From the NCBI GenBank assembly GCA_041586955.1, contig JBFGZE010000040.1, forward strand, positions 1 through 27,354: a stretch of 27,354 nt of DNA, read 5' to 3'. Each line of letters starts with the position of its first letter. Position 1 is the first letter of the stretch. The notes under the pieces were generated by a model. The model had not been told where the DNA came from, ran no database searches, and saw only the letters and a program-made list of their open reading frames with translations. Positions 19,175 through 26,322 of this stretch are shown here, piece after piece. A program made the position numbers and the translations under genes. The stretch is from Bacteriovoracaceae bacterium (GTDB taxonomy: Bacteria > Bdellovibrionota > Bacteriovoracia > Bacteriovoracales > Bacteriovoracaceae).

Positions 19175-19522
19175 AAATTGGGGCAATATAGAGAATCGGC
19201 CATCAATCTTATGGCCCTTTCGCTATTCCCTATAAATGATGAATTCTTCTTCATGATTAAATATTATGACAAGTTATTTCGAGGGATTAGGCGTACAAAA
19301 GAATGGTTAAGAAGCACCTTGGCCCAATTTTGACAAAACTTTATCGATTTGAGGCAGTAAGGCCTTAAAATTAACTTATCATAGTAAGGTGATGGAAGAG
19401 TGATTGGTCGAGGGTGAGGGTCTGGATGGACCTCGCTTTGCAGAGCGAATGGGTTAGGCGAATTTATCCTATACAAAAATATTTTTTAAAAAAATACTTT
19501 TTGGTATAAAATGAGGATTATG

Positions 19523-19714
19523 ATGAAAGAAAAAAAGACCGTTGAAACAGAAAATAAAAAAGTGTCTAAAAAGAAAAGACCTTATCAAAAACCAACTATT
19601 GTGACAGAAGAATTAATGTCTTTTGGGGCGCTATGTAATGGTACCTCGACGGGAGGCCGTAAGGCCGCTGCAGGAGCACCAACTTTTTGCAACCCTAGCC
19701 GTTTGACATCATAA
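19523..19714 (+). CDS. RiPP precursor peptide (63 aa; alternative starts 19511/19520)
   Basis: Lys-rich leader with KRPYQKPTI (YxxPx[L/I] RRE-binding motif) then Gly/Ala/Ser/Thr-rich core CNGTSTGGRKAAAGAPTFCNPSRLTS; stop abuts kinase ATG; GAGGA at 19513-19517. Confidence 0.85.
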   Translation: MKEKKTVETENKKVSKKKRPYQKPTIVTEELMSFGALCNGTSTGGRKAAAGAPTFCNPSRLTS

Positions 19715-20650
19715 ATGGAATTGTCTTTGGGCCTTCGCAATCCTCAATTGTTTGAGCAGAAAAAGACCTTAATTAAGAAATTAGAAGATATAGACCTATC
19801 CCAATACCCCATCCATGATAAAAAGCAATTATCTCTTTTTGGCCTAGAGCTTAACCTCGTTAATTACCAAGATTCTGATTTTTTTTCAACAATCGAAAAG
19901 TTCTACCCCGCTTCATGGTGGGGTGAGTTCAATACCAATGGAACTCAGGTTCACCTTCTTAGTTGTGAAGATCTAGGAATGAGCTCTGATGAATTTGAGA
20001 ACGAATTGATGCCAGATTGCATCGATTGGCAAGATGAAATGGGCCATATTGGTATCCAACGGGACTTTATAGGACTTAATAAAAATGATAATCAAATTAT
20101 TATCATAACGGGGAAAGGAGCTGGAGATGGCTGGTTTAATTTTTTAAGATGGTATTTGCCACGGCAGTTATTAAAAAATAACCAAGTGATCTTGCATTCA
20201 AGTGCAGTTGTGAAAAATGGACAGGCCTATGTTTTCCTTGGGCATTCAGGAGCGGGTAAGTCCACTGTCACCGAATTGTCTCCTGATGGACATGTTCTTG
20301 GGGACGACATGAATTTTGTTGAAGTCTCGGACGGTCAATTATATGCTCGCTCCGGAGGGATTGGAGGACGATTTTTTCCACATGCCGATTGCTCTGAAAG
20401 TTTCCCTGTAAAGGCCTTTTTTTGGCTAAACCAAAGTTCTCAAAATAAAATTTATCCTTTTTCAAAAATTGAAGGTGTTAGGTTGATTCTTGCAAGTATG
20501 ACTAACATCTTCTGGGAAACCCTAGAAGAAAAGGAACGACAATTTGCTTTTGATTTTGCTATTCAAATGAATGAACTTGGGCGAGTCTATAAGTTAGATT
20601 TTGAAAAGAAACCAACTTTTTGGGAGGTCATTGATGACTATTGTTTATAA
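19715..20650 (+). CDS. HPr kinase-like P-loop kinase (PadeK/ScmC-like peptide kinase)
   Basis: ILHSSAVV...VFLGHSGAGKST...LGDDMNFV: His, Walker A and DD motifs of the HPrK C-terminal fold. Confidence 0.8.
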   Translation: MELSLGLRNPQLFEQKKTLIKKLEDIDLSQYPIHDKKQLSLFGLELNLVNYQDSDFFSTIEKFYPASWWGEFNTNGTQVHLLSCEDLGMSSDEFENELMPDCIDWQDEMGHIGIQRDFIGLNKNDNQIIIITGKGAGDGWFNFLRWYLPRQLLKNNQVILHSSAVVKNGQAYVFLGHSGAGKSTVTELSPDGHVLGDDMNFVEVSDGQLYARSGGIGGRFFPHADCSESFPVKAFFWLNQSSQNKIYPFSKIEGVRLILASMTNIFWETLEEKERQFAFDFAIQMNELGRVYKLDFEKKPTFWEVIDDYCL

Positions 20651-20915
20651 AAGATCGAAAGATCTTCCCTGGCAAGAAATTCACAATGAGATTATTATTC
20701 TCAATGCCTCTGAAGGGGAAGCTGTCCAATTAAATGAAACGGCTTCATTTTTATGGGATTGTTTAAAAAGCCCGCTCGGTATCGAGGAGTTAGTATTAAA
20801 TACTTGCGATCACTTTGAAGTCCCACCAGATCAGGCAAAAGAAGATATAAATATTTTTCTTAAAGACCTCCAGAGTAAAAACCTTATTCAGGCAGTCGAT
20901 GGCCAATCAAGATGA
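20634..20915 (+). CDS. PqqD-family RiPP recognition element (RRE) 1
   Basis: LNETASFLWDCL...IEELV...DHFEV...AKEDI..FL..L...NLI; GGAGG RBS at 20623-20627 gives ATG 20634. Confidence 0.9.
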   Translation: MTIVYKRSKDLPWQEIHNEIIILNASEGEAVQLNETASFLWDCLKSPLGIEELVLNTCDHFEVPPDQAKEDINIFLKDLQSKNLIQAVDGQSR

Positions 20916-21354
20916 TTTTCTCTTTATTCCTCATCGCGGGCAGAGTATGTTCCCCCTCATTCGCGATGGTGATCAGATTATCGTTGAAAAAATAAAGCGT
21001 AGTCCAATTCCTGGTGATATTATTCTCTATCGCGACATTGACACTAAAGAGTGGGTCGCTCATCGTTATTTAAAAAAAAATACCTTAAAGGGCGACTTTT
21101 CCCTAGTCTTTGACCAAGTTAATGAAGCAGCATTTATGGGTTTTATACGAGGGATTAGACGTCAAGAAAACATTTATCTTTGGAGTCAGATGGGCCATCC
21201 TCTAAAGGGATTTTTTCTTCGCGCCACTGTTTACCGAACGAAAAACAGGCCACGTTGGCTGAGGTGGAGCATTGTTTTTATTTTGCTTATTTTTTCCAAG
21301 GCCATTTTAATTTTGAGCTCAACCAATACCAATCGTATTGAAAAGCTTCAATAA
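20899..21354 (+). CDS. S24/S26-family peptidase (Ser-His type)
   Basis: GQSMFPLIRDGD, GDIILY, VAHR, KGD motifs; C-terminal hydrophobic segment, no N-terminal anchor. Confidence 0.85.
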   Translation: MANQDDFLFIPHRGQSMFPLIRDGDQIIVEKIKRSPIPGDIILYRDIDTKEWVAHRYLKKNTLKGDFSLVFDQVNEAAFMGFIRGIRRQENIYLWSQMGHPLKGFFLRATVYRTKNRPRWLRWSIVFILLIFSKAILILSSTNTNRIEKLQ

Positions 21355-22219
21355 TTCCATCTTTAAGCATGTGCTTTGTAAGCCAATAACTCACTCCTCG
21401 CTGTCCTGTTTGCCAGATTAAGGCAGGCGCTGGTGAGATATTCCATTTTTCATCTCCGCCGGGAGGTGGCCAAATACCTAAATGTTGATCAATATGATGA
21501 TGAATGAACCAAAGCGTTGATGTTATGCCTTTTTTTAATTTTAATTGATTGGCCTTTTCCCAGATAAGTGGCCAATTAAATGTTCCAACTTTAAGTAGTA
21601 GATAAATATCGATTAACCAGAACAATTTTAAAAAATTATGTTGGTTTGCATAATGGCCAATTAGGTGCAGTAATAAATGAGAATCATCTAAAGTTTTGAG
21701 ATGCTTAAAAGGATCTAATAAATTCGTTTTCCAGTCAAAGTTATTTTCTTCCTGATAAAAGCATTTATGGTGAAGTTCAATCACTAATTCTTTTTCGCCA
21801 ATTAATTTAGTAAACTCCCATTTATGGTGATTACCTTGCCAATCCCCCTTTTCCCTTGGGCAATAACCCAATTTAATGATCTCTTTTTCAAATTGTGCCC
21901 ATTTGTTTAATGGTAAAAGAAGATCTAGGTCTGAGGTGTGGCGAGAGCCAAGGTCTTGATAAAACCTGGGTATTAAGGCGTGGCCCTTGAGCACGATTAT
22001 AGAGTTCGATAAATCATTTGGTAATTGGTCGAGGTTGTTGAGCTCTTCTTGATAGGAATGGTTTAAGTCCCATTGCTGTAACCACTTTTTTTTACCACGG
22101 GGATTAGGGCAACCTTGACAGTATTTATAGAGAAAGCCTTCGATTAAGTGTTCTTGATAGAGACAGTCAGGCTTTGCGCCCTCAGGTGGATCCAGTAGAA
22201 ATGAAATAATAGATTTCAT
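21287..22219 (-). CDS. Nucleotidyltransferase family protein (NTP_transf_5-like)
   Basis: IVLKGHAL...Y...GSRHTSDLDLL, IELHH, LLHLIGH, L.WLIDI motifs. Confidence 0.88.
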   Translation of the reverse strand: MKSIISFLLDPPEGAKPDCLYQEHLIEGFLYKYCQGCPNPRGKKKWLQQWDLNHSYQEELNNLDQLPNDLSNSIIVLKGHALIPRFYQDLGSRHTSDLDLLLPLNKWAQFEKEIIKLGYCPREKGDWQGNHHKWEFTKLIGEKELVIELHHKCFYQEENNFDWKTNLLDPFKHLKTLDDSHLLLHLIGHYANQHNFLKLFWLIDIYLLLKVGTFNWPLIWEKANQLKLKKGITSTLWFIHHHIDQHLGIWPPPGGDEKWNISPAPALIWQTGQRGVSYWLTKHMLKDGIIEAFQYDWYWLSSKLKWPWKK

Positions 22220-22290
22220 GGGTTTATTATAACGATGTTTAGATAAAATGGATGCTTTTTTTTAAGTTTAAACTAAGGTAGTATTGCTTT
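22220..22290. promoter_or_regulatory. Divergent promoters, each -10 hexamer 6 nt before an ATG
   Basis: - strand TATAAT (22231-22226) AAACCC ATG; + strand TAGTAT (22279-22284) TGCTTT ATG. Confidence 0.55.
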
Positions 22291-22584
22291 ATGGAAAAGG
22301 TCAAAATAAAATCTCGCATTGCCTTCAAAAAGATTGCAAAAGAAACCTATGTTTTTGATTATTATGGTCAAGGAAAAGGCCATAAATTAAATGAGGTCGC
22401 TTCGTTTATATGGCATCTTCTGGATGGATCCAATACACTTGAATCAATTAGTCAGAAAATGACCCAAGAGTTTTCGGTAGATCGTATGACGGCCCAAAGT
22501 GATCTTGAATGCTTCATCAATGAACTTAAGTCTTTAGAACTCCTTTCGGGTAATGATAATGACCAGCAAAGACAATCGGCCTAA
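22291..22584 (+). CDS. PqqD-family RiPP recognition element (RRE) 2
   Basis: LNEVASFIWHLLDGSNTLESI...EFSVD...AQSDL..FI.EL...ELL. Confidence 0.92.
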   Translation: MEKVKIKSRIAFKKIAKETYVFDYYGQGKGHKLNEVASFIWHLLDGSNTLESISQKMTQEFSVDRMTAQSDLECFINELKSLELLSGNDNDQQRQSA

Positions 22585-23611
22585 AGGCGATCTTTTAGAT
22601 CAGGCCATGCGCCAATCCTACCAAGAATGTAATCCTCTTTTTACTACCATCGAAATTACCCTCGATTGCAATTTAAAATGTAAGCATTGCTATAATTACG
22701 ATCGTGAGGAGCAAAATGTACCTAATGGCCAGGCCATGTCTAGAGAAGAGATTCTGGAGACAATAGCTGCAGTGGCCGCAGAAGGGGCATTATTTATTTG
22801 CTTAACCGGTGGGGAGGCGCTCCTCCATCCACATTTAGAAGACTTCATTCAAGAGATTATTAAGCAACATTCTGTTGCCCGATTAAAAAGTAATGGCCTT
22901 TTGCTTAATGAGAAAAAAATTGAAAGGTTGGCGCGCTTAGGAGTCGATCTAATTGATATTAGTCTCTATGGTGCGAGCGAGGAAAGTTATCGTAATTTTA
23001 CTGGGTCAGGGTCTGCATTCACTCGCGTCATGAATGCTATTGATGCTTGTATCGCTCAAAAAATGAATATCTCACTTAGCATAATTCTTAATCGCTCAAA
23101 TATTCATGAATTGGATGCTATGGTGAATATGGCCCGCGAAAAAGGAGTTTCTTTTCAATTCTCAGATGAGATAACCTCCCGATATGATGGCGATACAGCT
23201 CCGCAGCAGCTCGCTCTTTCGGAAGCCGATTATGAGCAATTGCTAAAAGGTCCTTTTAGTGAATATTTTAACCACTATAATGATGATAATACCTTTCAGT
23301 GCAATTGTGCCCGTAGCGTATGCGGTATTAGTGCTTTTGGCGAGGTCTATCCTTGTATTGGTGCACCGCTCAAGTCTGGAAATCTAAGAAATCAAAGTTT
23401 TGCTCAAATTTGGAAAGAGTCTAAGGTTCTAAACGACATCCGCAATATTCAAAAAGAAGACTTTAAAGAGTGTAATAAATGCGATTTTAAAAATTATTGT
23501 AACCGCAGCTCAGGTGGTATTTATATTAATACTGGGGAGTATAAAGGTTGTGATGAGGATTCCCTGATGAAGGCCAGGGTTCGATCTAAGGTTGCCGCTG
23601 AAGATTCTTAA
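22553..23611 (+). CDS. Radical SAM/SPASM domain peptide maturase (start may be 22559)
   Basis: CNLKCKHC, LTGGEALL, SNG, ISLYG; SPASM region QCNC...GEVYPC...GNLR..SF..IW...CNKCDFKNYC...GC. Confidence 0.93.
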   Translation: MIMTSKDNRPKGDLLDQAMRQSYQECNPLFTTIEITLDCNLKCKHCYNYDREEQNVPNGQAMSREEILETIAAVAAEGALFICLTGGEALLHPHLEDFIQEIIKQHSVARLKSNGLLLNEKKIERLARLGVDLIDISLYGASEESYRNFTGSGSAFTRVMNAIDACIAQKMNISLSIILNRSNIHELDAMVNMAREKGVSFQFSDEITSRYDGDTAPQQLALSEADYEQLLKGPFSEYFNHYNDDNTFQCNCARSVCGISAFGEVYPCIGAPLKSGNLRNQSFAQIWKESKVLNDIRNIQKEDFKECNKCDFKNYCNRSSGGIYINTGEYKGCDEDSLMKARVRSKVAAEDS

Positions 23612-24414
23612 AGAATTAAACGTCCCTTTTTTCTCAGAAAAATCAAACTGCTTTGAAAAAGAAAGTACCCGCTACCTGCATAGGCCAGTCCTAATAATGC
23701 TAGATGAACAAATTCCTGCTGAGGAAAGGGAATTGCTGTTGTTTGGGCAAGAATTTTTCGAACATTGGTTAACAGGATACCATGGGGAATAATTGTCGTC
23801 ATTAGGACTGCTAATTTAGAGGGTAAAATTTCAACCGGAAAAAAGGCCCCTGATAGCGCGCCCAATAAAGCATTTGTTTGAAAAATAAGAGTTTGGCCGC
23901 GACCGCTAATATTGATTAAAGAAAGAGCTAACAAGGCAAACCCGTAAAAGCTAATAAGCGCCAGGGAGGTTAAAAAGAGGGCATATAAAAAAGACAAAAG
24001 TGAAAAGCTAAGTCCTAATCCCATGGAAACGAGAACAATAAAACCCATCCTTAAAAAAGGTCGCCAAATATCGGCAATGATCTGAGAAATAAAATAGCGA
24101 TTCCATGAAATAGCGCGAGAAATAAATATCTCATGGATATGTTCTCTAAAAATAGTCTTATAAGAAGTAATCAGACCGGTAAGAACTTGAATTGGAATAC
24201 CTAAAAATATTTCTCCAACCACCATAAAGCTAAAGAAGTCAGTTTGGTAAAAGTCAAGATGCTCTTGAATTGATGGGCCAAAGGCCTTTGAGGCATACCA
24301 ATATATAATAAGACCCAATGATGAAGAGAATAACTCTAGGAGTAGAGTCATCCAGCTACTAAAACTACCGCGCCAATTTTCTTTAATTAAATAAATAATT
24401 AATTGGGATATCAT
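23608..24414 (-). CDS. ABC-2 type transporter permease
   Basis: About six hydrophobic segments, LSGAFFPVEILP motif; start overlaps ATPase stop. Confidence 0.85.
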   Translation of the reverse strand: MISQLIIYLIKENWRGSFSSWMTLLLELFSSSLGLIIYWYASKAFGPSIQEHLDFYQTDFFSFMVVGEIFLGIPIQVLTGLITSYKTIFREHIHEIFISRAISWNRYFISQIIADIWRPFLRMGFIVLVSMGLGLSFSLLSFLYALFLTSLALISFYGFALLALSLINISGRGQTLIFQTNALLGALSGAFFPVEILPSKLAVLMTTIIPHGILLTNVRKILAQTTAIPFPQQEFVHLALLGLAYAGSGYFLFQSSLIFLRKKGRLIL

Positions 24415-25040
24415 AATAGTGTCTCCAAATTGATTTCGTCATAATCATTGTTGCCACTATGTCGATGATCAGTCAGGACTAAAGTCTTTTCCTGAAAGAA
24501 AGTATTCATAAGGAGGGACAATTCTAAAGCGAGTTCTTGTGAGAGGTTTTGAAATGGTTCATCCCAAAAATAAAAATGAGCATTATGGGAAAGAGCTATT
24601 GCAATCTTAATTAATTGCTTCATCCCGTCGGAGCATTGGTTGACCTGGACTGGTAAACTTTTGTTGAGCGTTTCTATCATGACAGGATAATTAACAAGTA
24701 ATGTTTTGATCTCATCTATCGTCAAACATTGATGAGGTGTTAAATGTTGAAATAGAGTGAAGTTCTCTATCCCAGTTAAATGTGGAAAGAGAGCGTTACC
24801 GCAAGAGGGGAGCCAATTGATTTTGGGATTTACTATACCGCGATAGTGGACACTTCCTTTCGGTGGTAAAAGAATACTTGCCATCAATTTTAATAACGTT
24901 GTTTTACCGATACCATTCTTTCCTTTAATGAGATTCATTTTGTGGAAAGGAATTTTTAGATTGAATTGACTAAAGATAGGACGATTATGATAATGAAAGG
25001 TAAGGTCTTGGCAAATGATGGCATTTTCTTGTTCAGCCAT
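24411..25040 (-). CDS. ABC transporter ATP-binding protein
   Basis: GKNGIGKTT Walker A, CSDGMKQ signature variant, FWDEP Walker B, LTDH switch. Confidence 0.9.
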   Translation of the reverse strand: MAEQENAIICQDLTFHYHNRPIFSQFNLKIPFHKMNLIKGKNGIGKTTLLKLMASILLPPKGSVHYRGIVNPKINWLPSCGNALFPHLTGIENFTLFQHLTPHQCLTIDEIKTLLVNYPVMIETLNKSLPVQVNQCSDGMKQLIKIAIALSHNAHFYFWDEPFQNLSQELALELSLLMNTFFQEKTLVLTDHRHSGNNDYDEINLETLL

Positions 25041-25386
25041 TTGTCTCTACCCTATGCTTTAAATTGAGCAAATGAATGGCCTTAACAAATTGCAACCATT
25101 TTTCAAAATTCTCTTTCTCGGTAAAATTAAAGCGACATCCAATATTGTTTCCTTTTTGCCATACTTTCTTTGCGTTCAGTTTATATTTATTTTTTCCAAG
25201 TAAAGTAATTTCAAACTCAAAGGCATCGGGGAACTGGGAATCGTTAGGTGTTTCAAAACAAATACCTCCAAGTCCTATATCAATAGTCTTAATATTGTGT
25301 GAATCCTTCATCTCAGGAATAAAAAGCTCATTGGAGATGTGCTTTAATGAGTAGCGAGGAAATATACGTTGTCCTTCTTTGTTCAT
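25033..25386 (-). CDS. Stand-alone PilZ-domain protein
   Basis: QRIFPRY (RxxxR), DIGLGGICF (D/NxSxxG variant), AKKVW and IGCRF strands. Confidence 0.8.
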   Translation of the reverse strand: MNKEGQRIFPRYSLKHISNELFIPEMKDSHNIKTIDIGLGGICFETPNDSQFPDAFEFEITLLGKNKYKLNAKKVWQKGNNIGCRFNFTEKENFEKWLQFVKAIHLLNLKHRVETNG

Positions 25387-25811
25387 AATTTTTCTTCTTT
25401 TTGCTGGTAAAGAGTATTGAATATAGTGTGAAATTGCTGGTGCTTTAGTTTTATCCTTTCTAGGAAATGAATTTGCTCTCCTGGGTTAAGTGTATTGATG
25501 TTAAAAATCACGACCTTTTGAATATAATCTGTCCACTCTATAATAAGGGCCACCTCTTGCTGTTCTGAAGCGAAATAAAGGGCCTTTTCAAGCTTGGGGT
25601 CAAATATTTCGGCCTTTGTTCCTAAAACTCTAATAAGAGAAGGATAATCATACATGGTAGAAGGACCATTTTCGGTATGTGTGGGGTTATCTGACCAAAG
25701 AATCTGTAAATTTGATTTTAAGTTTTGGCCAAAAATCCAAGCTGAAGGCAGGGTTTGACCCAGCTCTGTAAAAAATTTCCGGAGAATTTCGGGTCTTAAA
25801 GTTGCAATCAA
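25383..25811 (-). CDS. Hypothetical protein
   Basis: 142-aa ORF, TTG start with AAGGAG about 10 nt upstream, stop overlaps PilZ start; no recognised motif. Confidence 0.65.
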   Translation of the reverse strand: MIATLRPEILRKFFTELGQTLPSAWIFGQNLKSNLQILWSDNPTHTENGPSTMYDYPSLIRVLGTKAEIFDPKLEKALYFASEQQEVALIIEWTDYIQKVVIFNINTLNPGEQIHFLERIKLKHQQFHTIFNTLYQQKEEKL

Positions 25812-25897
25812 AAAGGAAACTCCTTAATTATTTCTATAGCTTATGGAATATTTTACTACGTGAAAGGGCTTTTATCCGGGGGGTCATTTTTGCTGGT

Positions 25898-25957
25898 AAA
25901 AAAAAATAAAATAAAAAAGAAAAAGTACTTGACGGTAATCCTACGAATCTGTAGTAT
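25898..25957 (+). promoter_or_regulatory. rRNA operon sigma70 promoter with A-rich UP element
   Basis: TTGACG (25929-25934), 17 bp spacer, TAGTAT (25952-25957); A-tracts immediately upstream; 16S about 365 nt downstream. Confidence 0.85.
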
Positions 25958-26064
25958 CCATTCTGTTCCGAAGCAAACAAAACAACTTAAACGCCTTAAA
26001 TTAAAGGCTTTTTTATTGTCCTAAAGGTTTCGCGAATTCTTTTAAATTCGAATATTGATAAATA

Positions 26065-26260
26065 TTTCTGGCCTTCGGGTTAGAAAAAGATGAGAAAGGT
26101 CCCAAATCGTTTTTTAAACGGGTTAAGCCTGATGTAACTAGATCGTACAATCGCTGATGTTGAAGCTGAATAAGCTATGTTGAAGTTAAAATTGTAGGAA
26201 AGTCAGGCGCCGTTTTAAAAGACAAATGAACCTAAAATTCGTTTGAGTGTCTTCGGACAT
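26065..26260 (+). other. rRNA leader with two cUUCGg tetraloop hairpins
   Basis: TTTCTGGCC-TTCG-GGTTAGAAA (26065-26086) and GTGTC-TTCG-GACAT (26247-26260). Confidence 0.6.
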
Positions 26261-26322
26261 TACAAATTTTTAAATCGGTCAAGATCTAGCACAAATTTTT
26301 GAGTTAAAAAATTTTTCAAATA

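Noticed and set aside
19264..19476. 70-aa minus-strand ORF as a second precursor
   Set aside because: TTG start, no RBS, no YxxP-type leader resembling the main precursor; probably spurious.
19511..22584. Calling the cluster a lasso peptide BGC
   Set aside because: No lasso cyclase or transglutaminase-like B2 protease, no Asp/Glu in the core, no penultimate leader Thr.
22291..23611. PQQ biosynthesis (pqqD/pqqE)
   Set aside because: No pqqB/pqqC, and the peptide lacks the ExxxY motif of PqqA.
2126..25354. Other short ORFs nested in or antisense to long genes (e.g. 9761-10195, 5159-5500, 20268-20465, 23592-23792, 25076-25354)
   Set aside because: Overlap well-supported CDSs and show no motifs or initiation signals.
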